Origin: Rhynchobatus australiae
Taxonomy: Eukaryota
Assembly: GCA_034780895.1 (NCBI GenBank)
Contig: JAUZTB010000066.1
Coordinates: 10,272,186 to 10,336,185 of the forward strand
Direction: 5' to 3'
DNA length: 64,000 nt
Numbering within the stretch: position 1 is the first letter of the stretch; each line of letters opens with the position of its first letter. Both the position numbers and the translations under genes were made by a program. The notes under the pieces were generated by a model, which saw nothing but the letters and a program-made list of their open reading frames with translations, did not search any database and was not told where the DNA came from. Below, in pieces: positions 1-12,400 of this stretch.

Positions 1-995
1 GTAGGACAGGTAACGGAAGTGGCAGTTGGGGAGCACTATGGCTCTAGTGACTGTAATTCTATTAGTTTTAAGACAGTGATGGAAAAGGACAGGACAGGTC
101 CACAGGGTAGGGTCCTAAAATGGAGGAGGGCTGACTTTGGGAGAATTAGGCTGGATCTAACAGAGGTCGATTGAGTGTTTGGAGGAAAAGGAATGAGTGA
201 CAAGTAGGAGGCTTTTAAGAGTGAGATATGAAGAATCCAGGAGCAGCGTGTCCTGTTAGGGTGAAGGGTAAACCCTGCAAGTTTAGGGAACCTTGGGTGT
301 CGAGAGATATTGAGGCTCCGGCCAAGAAAAAGAAAGAAGCATGCACTGTGTTTAGGAGGTTGGGGACTAGTCAATCCCTCGATGAATATAAAAAAATACT
401 CTTAAGAGGGAAATGAGGAGGGGCACCGAGAGGGTATGAGACAGATCAGGCAGGTAAGGTTAAGGAAAGCCCCATGAGGTTCTATAGCTATATAAAGAGG
501 TGGCCAGAGTAAGAGTAGGTCCCCTTAGAGATCGACATGGCCACCTATGTCTTGAGCCACTGGGGATGGGTGGGATTTTTAATGAATATTTCTCCTTGGT
601 GTGTACTGAGGAGAAAAGTATGGTTGCTCAAGGGTCGAGGAAAAATTGTGGAGATATTTTGGAAAACATTCATATTACCAGGGGGGAGTTATTTGCATAC
701 TTATAGTGCATTAAGGTGGATAATTCCCCAGGGCCTGACCAAGTGCATCCTAGGACTTTGTGAGGGGCAACTTCTTCACACAGAGGGTGGTGAGTAAATG
801 GAACGAGCTGCCAGAGGACGTGGTTGAGGCAGGTACAATAGTATCATTTAAGAAGCTCTTGGGTAGGTACATGCAAGGGTGGGGCTAAGAGGGATATGGG
901 CTGAATGCAGGAAATTGGGACTAGATGGGTGGGCACCATGGTCGGCATGGACTCGTTGGACCAAAGGGCCTGTATCTGTGCTGTATAACTCTATT
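1..995 (+). mobile_element. CR1-type LINE remnant (degenerate ORF2 pieces joined to the 3' end)
   Basis: ORF2-like pieces (REPWVSRDIE; RVRVGPLRD...IFNEYFS) jump near 762 to the typical 3' end ggaccaaagggcctgtatctgtgctgtataactctat. Confidence 0.8.
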
Positions 996-1274
996 AACCT
1001 GCGGCCACAGACAATTGTGAATGAATACAGTTGCCAAATACCGTGGACGCTGAAAATCTGCAATAAAACAGAAAATGCTAGCTGTGTTCAACAACCACAT
1101 TGTATCAGGAGGAGCTTCAGGTCACTGATTTTTTCCATCAGAACCGTGACTGTGAACTTATTCCCTGTACAAAAGTTTCAGAACAAGGATTTTCAAGGAA
1201 ATAGTTATTGTCTTGAAAACTGCACCCTAGAGATCCTTCGTGTTTAACTGGCTGAATACGGGTTTGTCCAAGAT

Positions 1275-1750
1275 ATATTAAGTTCAAATCCAATTACTGC
1301 CATGGTTTAAAATTCACTGAATTAAATAAATCTGGAATAAAAAGCTTGTAACTGTAATGGACAGAGGTGAAGGTAAGCTGGTGTGGGCATGGACAACACA
1401 CTGGTGACAAAGTGGCCAACACAATTAAATCAAAGGATTTATATTAGCAATATTCCAGCTGTACCAAAGTTACTTTTAACTATCTCCGAGACTATTGTAC
1501 AAATCCAAAGCATTAAATGTGTTTCTTTCTCCACAGATGTTGGTTATCTGGCTGAGATTTTCCAGCATTTTCAGTTCTTCCTTTAAAAATCTGAGGTTCT
1601 CCTTACCATGTCTACCCTGCATCCAATTCCAGGCACACAGTTGCCTCTTAACTGCCCTCCGAAACAGCCCAGCAAGTTTAAGGGCGACTCAGTACAGGAA
1701 TAAATAAATATCAGCTTTGCCAGCATCCCCCATATCCCACAATTGAGAAT
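1275..1750 (+). mobile_element. tRNA-type SINE ('family B' here), fragmented, with a Penelope-terminal piece at about 1515-1580
   Basis: gttcaaatcc B-box-like motif, aaataaatctggaat core and tail ctttgccagcatcccccatatccca, shared with copies at 10800, 14235, 15965 and 21000. Confidence 0.55.
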
Positions 1751-2164
1751 AAAGTACACTCAGCAAGAAAGGGAGTGAAAAACTGAAGCAATTTTAGATA
1801 GGCCAGGGCAGCAGAGCAAGATGGCATGGATTTAGCAATTATTTAAGAAGCTATTTCAAGGGTTAAGAAGTAGGGTTGTTTGAAGAATCTGACTACCCGA
1901 CCCATGTCCAATGGGACTTGACAGGTTGGGTTCAGATTGGCCATGCTTAGTTGGATATAGATTGGATTTTAATTTTATACCCAAGCCAATCTCCAGATGG
2001 TTGTTCTGCTGTCAGGGTGAGAACAAATGGGATGATGAGTCCCCTCCTTCTCACCTGCCTAATGATGATCTCAGGTGAAGTGAAGCAGCACTTCAGATGA
2101 TTGCTGTTTGCTGGAGATTACTGCAATCCAGCTTTCGAGTGCTAAACATTACAGTGATTCAATT

Positions 2165-2515
2165 TGAGGGCCACCCCACGCAGTGACGAGCAAACTACCC
2201 TGAGGCGTAGAGTCTGTCAGTCACCAGATTTATATTCGAGCTCTGCTGGTGAGCGATATTCAAAATTACAATTCTTGACAAAGATCATTACTCGTAACAG
2301 GATAAATTTAAAGAAGGTACTAAGAAAAACCTCCAGTGACTATTCAAAACAGTGAGGTCAATTTTCCTGTTCCAGCATCTGGGTCCTTGAGGACCCGGGA
2401 TAAAGTAAATGCAGGGACAAGTGAAAGAAAGGGTCCTCGTCTGTTCTTTTTCTTCCCCAATCTGTATCGAGCCTGGTGAAAAAGAGCAGCTGGGGTTCCT
2501 ACAACGTCTGGCACA
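2165..2515 (-). mobile_element. Candidate LTR (about 350 bp) preceded by a polypurine tract
   Basis: Minus strand reads ttttggggtggggggggggaggtac|TGTGCC...CCCTCA, giving TG..CA ends, with internal AATATAAA and about 9 retained CpGs. Adjacent to gap 2569-2965. Confidence 0.4.
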
Positions 2516-3302
2516 GTACCTCCCCCCCCCCCACCCCAAAACGGGCTAATGCAGCATTGTGATAGAAGNNNNNNNNNNNNNNNNNNNNNNNNNNNNNNNN
2601 NNNNNNNNNNNNNNNNNNNNNNNNNNNNNNNNNNNNNNNNNNNNNNNNNNNNNNNNNNNNNNNNNNNNNNNNNNNNNNNNNNNNNNNNNNNNNNNNNNNN
2701 NNNNNNNNNNNNNNNNNNNNNNNNNNNNNNNNNNNNNNNNNNNNNNNNNNNNNNNNNNNNNNNNNNNNNNNNNNNNNNNNNNNNNNNNNNNNNNNNNNNN
2801 NNNNNNNNNNNNNNNNNNNNNNNNNNNNNNNNNNNNNNNNNNNNNNNNNNNNNNNNNNNNNNNNNNNNNNNNNNNNNNNNNNNNNNNNNNNNNNNNNNNN
2901 NNNNNNNNNNNNNNNNNNNNNNNNNNNNNNNNNNNNNNNNNNNNNNNNNNNNNNNNNNNNNNNNNAATGCCTTCAATAATGCACACTAATTGCCTGAGGC
3001 CACAGAATTTCCTTCAACCCACTCAGCAATAATATTTTTTTAATATTACTATCATTCATTTCCTGAACAGCAGTTTTCTTCATGCTAGCTTTCTCCGTGT
3101 TGGGGGGGGTCAGTCAACAGATGACGGCTACACAAGAGACTGCAGATGCTTGAATCTGGAGCACTTTGTGTGTTGTAACAGATGATGGCTGCTTTCTTCC
3201 AACAGGTTTGGAATTGTTTGTGGTGGTGAGTTCCAGAGGCCATTGGCCGCCAACACATCTGGAATTCCACCAAGGGTCACTGAATATTGGCTGGTAGTGG
3301 GA

Positions 3303-3745
3303 ACCATAAGACATAGGAGAAGAATTAGGCCATTTCGCCCATCGAATTTGCTCCGCCATTGAATCATGACTGATTTTTTTTCCTCAACTGTATTCTTCTG
3401 CCTTCTCTCTGTAACCCTAAACCAGTCAAGAATCTATCAATCTCTGCCTTAAATACACTCAATGACTTGGACTCCACAGCAACAAATTCCACAGATTCAC
3501 TCCTGGCTGAAGAAATTCCTCCTCACCTCCGTTCTGAAGGGACATCCCTTTATTCTGAGAATATGCCCTAAGATCCTAGTCTCTCCTACTAATGGAGAGA
3601 TCTTTTCCACTCTATCCAGGCCTTTCAGTATTTGGTGGGTTTCAATGAGATTCCTCACCAACCCCCACAGTTCTGAACTCCATCGAGTACAGGCCCAGAG
3701 CCACCAAACGCTCCTCATACATCAAGCCTTCCATTCCCAGGGAGC
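3303..3745 (-). mobile_element. CR1-type LINE 3' fragment
   Basis: ORF 3497-3718 LIETHQILKGLDRVEKISPLVGETRILGHILRIKGCPFRTEVRRNFFSQ is CR1 ORF2 C-terminal; tail gggcgaaatggcctaattcttctcctatgtcttatgg. Confidence 0.9.
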
Positions 3746-4809
3746 GTTCCACCTTCACCGTTTTAGCTTTTTACTGAATGGCACTGAAAGCATTTACATC
3801 CTTTAGTATTACAACCATATTATCTAAACAAGCACAAATTAGCAATAAGGCCTTGAGTTTCCCCTCACATGTATGGTCCAGCAAACCCACCAAGCTATTA
3901 GTTGTTCCATCCACCTGAAGATGCAATGAACATTATCCACACCCTCTGTACAGCATCTCCAAGAGAAATGCAGGGATCAGCATCAACCCCACCTACAGCT
4001 TTTTTTGACTACACAAAAACTTCTCAAATAATGTGGGGCATCTTTCTGCAGTTTGGGAGTCACTGAAATTTGGCTCCATCTTGCATTTAATTCATCATGG
4101 CTGTGATCTTAACAAAAACGTCTCCCACAAACCCAACCATAGAGCAGACTAGGGTCAAGCAAAGCCCTGTCAATCCCCCAGCCCCCCATACTTCTTTCAA
4201 TTTTTCTCTTTGCTATACTATGGAGTATTGATTGATTGGCAGCACGCTGCAAGAAGCTGTTGCCACCAGCAACAATGTCAGCAGTTCTAAGACATTACAA
4301 TAATTGGTCACCTTCTAGAGGGATGTCGATTGTCTGTAATATTTCTGTCTGTCAGGAAAATCCTAACATCTCTGAACCAGTCTACAGTTTGCCATGTACA
4401 ATTTAGCGCTTCAATTTCAATGAGTCTGCCTGCAGACAATCAAAATAAATCTAAAAAGCCTGTCATTTCTGTCTCCACACATATAAACTGTCAACACCAT
4501 CAGATCACACACCTCTGTACATCAGTGCAGAGAGTCTGTATTTCCTACATACCTTTAGATTTTATTCCCCCCCCCNNNNNNNNNNNNNNNNNNNNNNNNN
4601 NNNNNNNNNNNNNNNNNNNNNNNNNNNNNNNNNNNNNNNNNNNNNNNNNNNNNNNNNNNNNNNNNNNNNNNNNNNNNNNNNNNNNNNNNNNNNNNNNNNN
4701 NNNNNNNNNNNNNNNNNNNNNNNNNNNNNNNNNNNNNNNNNNNNNNNNNNNNNNNNNNNNNNNNNNNNNNNNNNNNNNNNNNNNNNNNNNNNNNNNNNNN
4801 NNNNNNNNT

Positions 4810-4970
4810 ATAAGTTACAAAAATAAATAACAAGGTAGTGTTCATGGACCAGAAATCTGATGGCAGAGGGGAAGAAGCTGTTCCTGAAACATTGAATGTG
4901 GGTCTTCAGGCTCCTGTACCTCCTCCCCAATGGTAGTAACGTGAAGAGGTCATGTCCCAGGTGGCGAGGG
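4810..4970 (-). mobile_element. Rex1/Babar LINE 3' fragment
   Basis: LPLGRRYRSLKTHIQCFRNSFFPSAIRFL, the conserved Rex1/Babar C-terminal motif. Confidence 0.8.
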
Positions 4971-5199
4971 TCCCAGATTCTTCCTTACCCCAAACCTGCT
5001 TGCTTTTCCATTCACGACGAGTTAATCCTTCCTTGCACTTTGGAGAAGCTGAATGATCTAAGTATTTCCAGCCTTTCCTGCTTTAATCATCGATGATTTA
5101 GGAACCAATTCTCAGTGGACTTACACAAGAGCAAACTGGACATATTTTAAGAAGAATTTATATGCAATCTATCAAATCGTCAGAATATCCTGAAGCATA

Positions 5200-5545
5200 A
5201 TGTATTAATGAATTGCTTTAAAATAGCCACTTGTATAACATTGGGAAGTCCAGCAGGAACAGTGTGCCACAACATTCTGCAACTAAGCCAATGAAATAAA
5301 CTATCAGTTAATTTGTATTAACACCCAAGTTGAGGGAAGGTTGACCAAGATATCAGAAGAATCCACACTCCTGCTTGATCCTTTAACACTTGCCCAAATA
5401 GGTACACAGTTCCTTAACTATTCTGAAAGGTAGCACTTAACACAGTGGGGCGATTCCCTCAGAGTACAACCCCACGGGATTAACACAAATAAGGTGCTCC
5501 AGTGAACTTTTAACCAAAGAGCTTGTGGCGCTGTAGCAAACCTGC
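5200..5545 (-). mobile_element. Degenerate Deu-domain SINE
   Basis: Resembles the clearer copy at 46400-46740 (gttgagggaaggttgaccaaga...ctgaaaggtagcact...ccctcagagtac). Confidence 0.45.
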
Positions 5546-5554
5546 TACCAACAC

Positions 5555-6000
5555 CTTCTGTTTATATCGTACCTTTACTGCAACAAAAAAATCTTAAAGC
5601 ACTTCACAGGCAATCTGTCAAACCAAACATCCCTATATGGTTCATTGCCAACATTTAGGGCAGATGACCAAAAATCCTGGTTAAAGAAATGGTTTTTAAG
5701 AAGCATCCTAAAGTAGAAAAGGGAGATGGAAAAGAATTCCAAAGTTCAGGACTCAGGAAGCTGAAGACACTTTTGCCAACATTGCAGTGATTAAATCCAA
5801 GAATATTTTGGAGGCAGGATCAAAGCAGCTCAGAGGGTGATGGCAGATATCGGGAGGGGAGTAGCCACGGAGGATTTAAGAACAGGGAAGAAAACTTTTT
5901 AATTAATTCATTGCTTAACCAGGAGCTAATGTTGATCAGAGAACATAGTGTGACAGAGGAATAGGATTTAAGTTAAGTTACGAAATGGGTAGCAGAGGGA
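5555..6000 (-). mobile_element. L2-type LINE 3' fragment
   Basis: Starts tttatatcgtacctttac...aagcacttcacagg; the same motif set recurs at 17495, 26730, 36020 and 43060. Confidence 0.55.
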
Positions 6001-6371
6001 ACAGATTGATAAATAGTTGAGTGAGGCAACATGGCCAAGTGCAAATTGCAACCAAGTCAAATTAATGCTTCAGGTGAATAAAAGAATGATAGAGAGATAG
6101 GGTCATAATGACAAAAAGATCATTTGGCCCATCAAGTTCATATCAGCATCTTACACAACAATCCACTTATCCACATCCCAAGTCTGCAGTCCTGCAAATT
6201 CAGTTCTCTCAAGTACCTATCCAATTTCCTTTTGAAATCATTAATCAATTTTGCTCCTACCACCTGCAAAGACAAAGTTCCAGGTGTTTACCACTGACTG
6301 TGGAATAAAGGTCTTCCTCACATTCCCACTTATATCTTGACTAGAACTTTAATTCTCTGACCCTATTCCTA

Positions 6372-6690
6372 TCCCCACCATTGAGGACATCTTCAAGAGG
6401 GAGTGCCTCAAGGTGGCGGCATCCATCACTAGGGACCCTCACCATCCGGGACATGCTCTCTTCTCATCACTACCATCGGGGAGGAGGTACAGATGCCTGA
6501 AGACTCACAATCAACGATTCAGAAACAGCTTCTTCCCCTCTGCCACCAGATTCCTGAACAGTCCATGAACCCATTTTTTTGTACTATTTATTTGTGTAAT
6601 TTATCGTAAATTTTTTGTCTTTGCACCGAATTGCTGCCACAAAACAACAAATTTCACATCACATAAGTCAGTGATAGTAAATCCAATTCG
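6372..6690 (+). mobile_element. Rex1/Babar LINE 3' end
   Basis: About 6374-6567 reads PTIEDIFKRECLKVAASITRDPHHPGHALFSSLPSGRRYRCLKTHNQRFRNSFFPSATRFLN, followed by a 3' UTR. Confidence 0.88.
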
Positions 6691-8539
6691 ATCAGCTGAT
6701 GGGAACAGCTTTACTTTCACTACTTTGTAGAAACACCTCAAGATTGTGCTCCTGTTCAAAGCCCAGAATGGGAAACGGCTCCAGATTATAAATTGGTAGT
6801 TCTCTATTTTAGCAAAACTTAATATGTTTCTACACCACAGTTGCACAGCCAACTATCCACCCAACCATCCCTCCTTGCCCAAACCAAAGTGCCATTCTTA
6901 CTTTATCAGCTGCTTTCCTTCTGGGCTTAAATGGCTTGGCGTTTGAACTAAAGACCACACTGCCTACTAATGTGACACTGGGTTAAGGCTGGCTTCAATG
7001 GAAAGTGCCTTCATATTTTGCCTATTGCTCCTGTAAACAGCTNNNNNNNNNNNNNNNNNNNNNNNNNNNNNNNNNNNNNNNNNNNNNNNNNNNNNNNNNN
7101 NNNNNNNNNNNNNNNNNNNNNNNNNNNNNNNNNNNNNNNNNNATTTTGCCTGTTGCTCCTGTAAACAGCTGGTTGAAAAATAAATGTAAAATTTCTGGGC
7201 AGAAGTGGTCCAGAAGAAAACTGTATTCTCAGTTATGTTTCTGAGTTCTTAGAGTTTATACATTTAGCTGTGCAAGACTCATGCATGGGATGTAGATAAT
7301 GCAATCCTATAAAATTCACACAATATAAGACCGCTTAAAAGCAATGGCTGAATTAGTGACTACTTAAATCCCAGCTGAAATGGAGATGATTGGGTAATTT
7401 CCCTGTCAATCAGGCTTGCAAAGCATACCACCATAGGTAGTGGACACTTAACTTGGGTGTAACTTAAGTAGGTAAGAAAATCAAAATCAGACTTATTATC
7501 ATTGACATATGAAGTGAAATCCCCTCACTTTTGAAGTTTATTCAGGTATAAAATTAAACCCAACCCCACATAGTCAGATGCTATTGGGCTCAGAGTTACA
7601 GAACCAGGCTCTATACCATGGCTGTGGTGGTCAGCTTTGTTGCTACTGGTTCACACATTATCAGATTTATTGAATTCAAAGGTTGCTGCTGAACGTTATG
7701 TAACTATATGGAACTGTCCTTCACCCAAAGGTAAAATTGAAGACATAATGTGACCTATTGTTACTTCATGAGTACTGCCTGTTCTGCAGCCTTGTGTTAC
7801 TGGAGCAGATACTTCACAGCTGAGGAGCCAGCCCCTTTAGGGACGCTGAGCATTGCTGCACCAACCACTGATTTATGGGATAGACTCTCACATTCCTTCG
7901 ATGACTCAAAATTGACATAATTGCATTGACCAATAAGCTGCAGGCAAGACAACACTTGGTTCCAGTCAACAGAGGTCATATAAATAATCTGAGTACTACA
8001 GCAATCAGCTCTCATGTCAGAACCAAAGGTTAAAATCTCATGTGATCATGGTTAGTTCAACGTGCTCAGTGAAGGAATAACGTGAGGGAGAGAAAACAAC
8101 ATGTGGCAGATAATAATGGGGGCCCGGTGCTAATTCTTCCTTCGTTGAAACTCACAGAAGGCCAACATTCAGCCCACTGTGCTTGTGCCAGCTTTGAAAG
8201 ATCTATCCAATTAACCCTTCTTTCTTCACAACTCTGCAATGTTGTCAAGTATTCAACTCCATTTCTAATATTGCCCCAACAGCACATTCCAAACCACAAC
8301 ACCTCACTACTCAAAACAGAACTCTCTCCAACTCCTCTCTAGTTCCTTCGCCAACTAATTTAAATGTGTCATCTGGATATTGTTAATTCTTCTGGATGGT
8401 CCTGACATCTCCAAGAATTGCAGTTTAATCTCTGGAACCCCATTCCAAGAGAAACATAGAAAATAAAAATCATAGGACAACAAAAAAATGCTTTTTTCTC
8501 CCCCCAGACAATCTCCTATTGGTCCTTTATATTGGCTTG

Positions 8540-9000
8540 GGCGACACTATGGTGCAGCAGGTACTGCTACTGCCTCACAGCTCTGGGTTCGAGCCTAATC
8601 TCTGGTGCTGTGTGGAGTTTGCACGTCCTCCCTATGACAGTGTGGGTTTCCTCCAAGTGCTTCAGTTTCCTCCTACNNNNNNNNNNNNNNNNNNNNNNNN
8701 NNNNNNNNNNNNNNNNNNNNNNNNNNNNNNNNNNNNNNNNNNNNNNNNNNNNNNNNNNNNNNNNNNNNNNNNNNNNCTCCCTATGACAGTGTGGGTTTCC
8801 TCCAAGTGCTTCAGTTTCCTCCTACAACCCAAAGACATGCTGGTTGGTAGGTTAATTAGCCACTGCAAATTTCCCCAAGCAGGTGACAGGAGAGTTAAGG
8901 TGGAGTTGACAGACATGAGAACAGGTTACAGGGAATCATGAGGGTATGGGGCTGATGGGAGAAGTGGCATAGATTCAATGGGCTGAATGGCCTCCTCCTA
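8540..9000 (+). mobile_element. V-SINE (HE1-type) with CR1-derived tail
   Basis: tRNA-like head (tggtgcagcagg..gggttcgag), V-domain tgtgtggagtttgcacgtcctccc..gtgggtttcctcc..cccaaagacatgc..ggtaggttaatt, tail gggctgaatggcctcctcct. Confidence 0.85.
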
Positions 9001-9087
9001 TCTTGCAAGAAAATATAATATAGGAAGGTGAGCAGCAAGGATGGACATGTTGGCAACCAATGACAGGGTTTGAGGCTGAGAAATGGT

Positions 9088-9430
9088 TGGCGACCCTTGG
9101 TACAGTGTTGAACACTGCGAGAGCAGTGCAGTGACGCAGCAGTTGCCCCAGTAAGCCAGAGTCGATCCTGGCCTCAAGTGCTGACTCTGTGGTGTTTGCA
9201 CATTGGGCCTGTGACCTGTGTGCTCCCAAATCCCAAAAACATGTTGCTTGGTCAGTTAGCTGTGTAGGTAGGTAGCAGGAGAGTCGGTGGTGTTGGGGGG
9301 GGGGGGGGGTAGTTGATGGCTATGTGCAAGAGATTAGGTTACAGGGAAGCAAAGGTGGGATGGGACTGATGCAGATGCTCTGAGAGCCAGCATGGACTCA
9401 ATTGGCCAAATGGCCTCCTCCTGTGCTCTA
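9088..9430 (+). mobile_element. Second V-SINE copy, internally deleted
   Basis: gtcgatcctgg..tgtggtgtttgcacatt..cccaaaaacatg..ggccaaatggcctcctcctgtgc. Confidence 0.7.
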
Positions 9431-10799
9431 AGAAATAACATACGAGAAATGAGTTAATGAGTCCAGCAGCAAACTCAGAATTGAATTCAATAGATCTGGC
9501 AATTTGTGAACCTGCATCTAAAAACTGACCACAATAGCCAGGTATNNNNNNNNNNNNNNNNNNNNNNNNNNNNNNNNNNNNNNNNNNNNNNNNNNNNNNN
9601 NNNNNNNNNNNNNNNNNNNNNNNNNNNNNNNNNNNNNNNNNNNNNAAGAGCCATGTATAGAGCTTTGCTACCCAACCCTCAGCACAGGGGAACCTGACTG
9701 TAGGAGGTCAGGTAATGTATCAAAAAAAAATTCCACGTCCTCAGGCTCAAACCAAGTTTTCATTGGTTGTATTTGGGTCACGTTTTAATTTTATAACCAA
9801 ACAGATCTCCATGTCATAAACCAAATGACTTACTAAAACCCTCCCGGAAAGTGGACCTCCAGCTGACTGAATGCCCTCTGAAATGATGTACTAAACCACT
9901 CAACTGTAAAACCATCGCTCTTGCAATAAGGACAGTGGTTGATGAAGGGAAAAATGCCACCTCAACCCTTCTCAGTGGGCCCAAGGATGGAAATAAATGT
10001 CACCCTAGAATGAATTTTTAAAATACATCCATGGTGTGATGAAGGAATTCTGTCACATCATGTTTTCAACAAAATTTCAATTTTTCTCCACTAAATGTTA
10101 CATTTGATAATGACCCCTGCATCCATCCCCCACACCCACTCTCCACTGCAGCTCAAGAATATTTTGGACATTGCAATATGAAAGTAACACTAACTTATTT
10201 CAAAGTTTCACAAATATAATGGCACATCGAAGAATGTCTCCTGTTTCCAGAGATTACTTTATGTAATCAGGCAGAACTATAGTTATATTGATCTCAAATA
10301 AGTCTTTCCAGTTTAATCTTCTCTTGCACTTCCACAGCTTCTGTATAGCAGGGGAGAGCCTTTAAGCCATGCACTGTCTCCACCTAGTACATCCTTCATC
10401 TATGCCATTTACAGAATTCACATCCTCGAATGAGTTATTCTCTGCATCTAATTTATACTCATTCACCTGCAGTCTTTTTAGGTTACTGATATAACCATCT
10501 CACACAAACTGTTTTGTAAACGGGTTCAATCATGACAATGTTATATAACTGCGAGCCTATTTATTTTTACTCTAGTTCTCCTGCGATTATTGTGTATTCT
10601 GCATAAAAGCTGACAGCACTACATGCATCACACAGAAGCCCACAGTCATTTATACAGGAAATGTAAGCCTGTTATACCTTTCAGCCATGCCAGAAGATTG
10701 AATACTGACTTCATCGCCAATATAACACAATTTGTTCCACAATACTCTTCTTTCACTGTTGTGGCTGGCATTTGCAATGCTGCCACATCAATTCCTGAG

Positions 10800-11800
10800 A
10801 GGTTTGGTAGTGTTGCGGTTAAGTTATTGGACTAACAGCCAAAGTTCTGGGCCATTGATCTAGAGACAGAAGATCAAATCCCACCCTGGCAGCTGGGAGA
10901 ATTTAATAAATAAGGAAGTCTGGAATTTGCATAAGAAATGGCAAATCTCGGGAACAGCATCCATAAAATTACCAGACTATCATAAAAAGCCATTTGATAT
11001 ATTCTTCTTTATTAGTCACATGTACATCAAAACACAGAGTGAAATGCATATTTTGCGTAGAGTGTTCTGGGGGCAGCCCGCAAGTGTCGCCACGCTTCTG
11101 GTGCCGACATAGCATGCCCACAACTTCCTAACCTGTACGTCTTTGGAACGTGGGAGAAAACCAGAGCACCCGGAGGAAACCCACACAGACATGAGGAGGA
11201 ATTGAACCTGGGTCGCTGGTGTTTGCAAAGCATTACGCTAACCGCTACATGACTGTACCTTGATTCATTAAAGTCCTTCAGGGAAGGAAATTTGCTTTCC
11301 TTACCTGGTCTGACCAATACATAACTGTAGACTCATCAACCTGAGTCATAGAATCAGCATCATACAGCCCTTTGGTCCACCAAGACCACATTAACCATTA
11401 AGCACCTACTTACACTAATCCTACACAAATCCCATTTTATTCTCCCCACATTCCCATTAACTCCTACCGCTCCTCCCCCAAGAATTACCACTCACCTACA
11501 CTCTGGAGGCTATTTACAATGGACAGTTAACCCATCAACCTCCACATCTTTGGGATGTGAGAGGAAACCAGAGCACTCTGAGAAAATCGAAATAGTCGCA
11601 GAGTAAACTCAACACACAGCAAAGGTCAGGATTGAACCAAGGTTGCTGGAGCTGAGGTAGCAGCCCTACCAGCTGCACCACCAGGCCACCCAGTGCCATT
11701 TATGACTCCAATGCAATTGAGCCCTTAATTAAGGAGCCAAGAGCAATTAAGGATGGATAATAAATGGTGGCATTGCTAGTTCTGTCCACATTCAATGAAA
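10800..11800. mobile_element. Nested SINE cluster: family-B SINE (+) interrupted by two V-SINEs (-) at about 11005-11255 and 11345-11698
   Basis: Family-B pieces at 10800-11000, 11260-11340 and 11700-11800 are collinear; the inserts carry reverse-complement V-domains (ggaggaaacccac, aaaccagagcac). Confidence 0.7.
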
Positions 11801-12124
11801 TTTTTTTTTTTAAATCATGCAAGACCTTTGACTTATTGTGATTGTGCCTGGGAAATAATAATCCTAGTTCAACAGTGTTACACCCCTTGGTCCCTTTGCT
11901 TAAACTAACCTGAACTAGTAACCCCTGTATCACACTCTACCTTCCCATCCTCAAGCAACAAATGTTGACAAATGTCAAAGAGGAGATGATGCTTACAGGT
12001 AGGAATTGTCCAGCTGATATTATATTGGCAAGGAACCTCTCTCTACATCGATTTAGATGGAGAAGATCAAAAGAGAATCCAGACTGAATTTGAATCGAGG
12101 AGTCAATCCATCTCTGGAGCTACT

Positions 12125-12400
12125 TCATAAGAACTTAAACAGGAGCAGGAATAATGTACAAGGCCCCTCGAACCTGCTCATCTTGAACAAATTCAATGAC
12201 CCAACCGCCACAGCTCTCTGGGGTAGAGAATGCCAAACATGAAGTGGGTGACTCCTTATTCTGAAAATATAACCCCTGGTTCTAGATTCCCCCAAGAAAC
12301 ATAAAACAGCTATTTTGTAAACATCACCCCCCCCAAAAAAAAATTGAGCGCACTTCAGTAAGATCAATTCTCATTCTTCTAAACTCCAATGAGAGTAGGC
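12125..12400 (-). mobile_element. CR1-type 3' fragment
   Basis: GESRTRGYIFRIR and WHSLPQRAVAVGSLNLFK motifs in ORF 12125-12367. Confidence 0.75.

Noticed and set aside
7797-8015. Hydrophobic-looking ORF (VVGAAMLSVPKG) as an LHFPL exon
   Set aside because: No family motifs or suitable splice sites.
8540-8610. tRNA-like A/B boxes here and at other SINE heads
   Set aside because: They belong to tRNA-derived SINE heads; no complete cloverleaf, so they are not tRNA genes.
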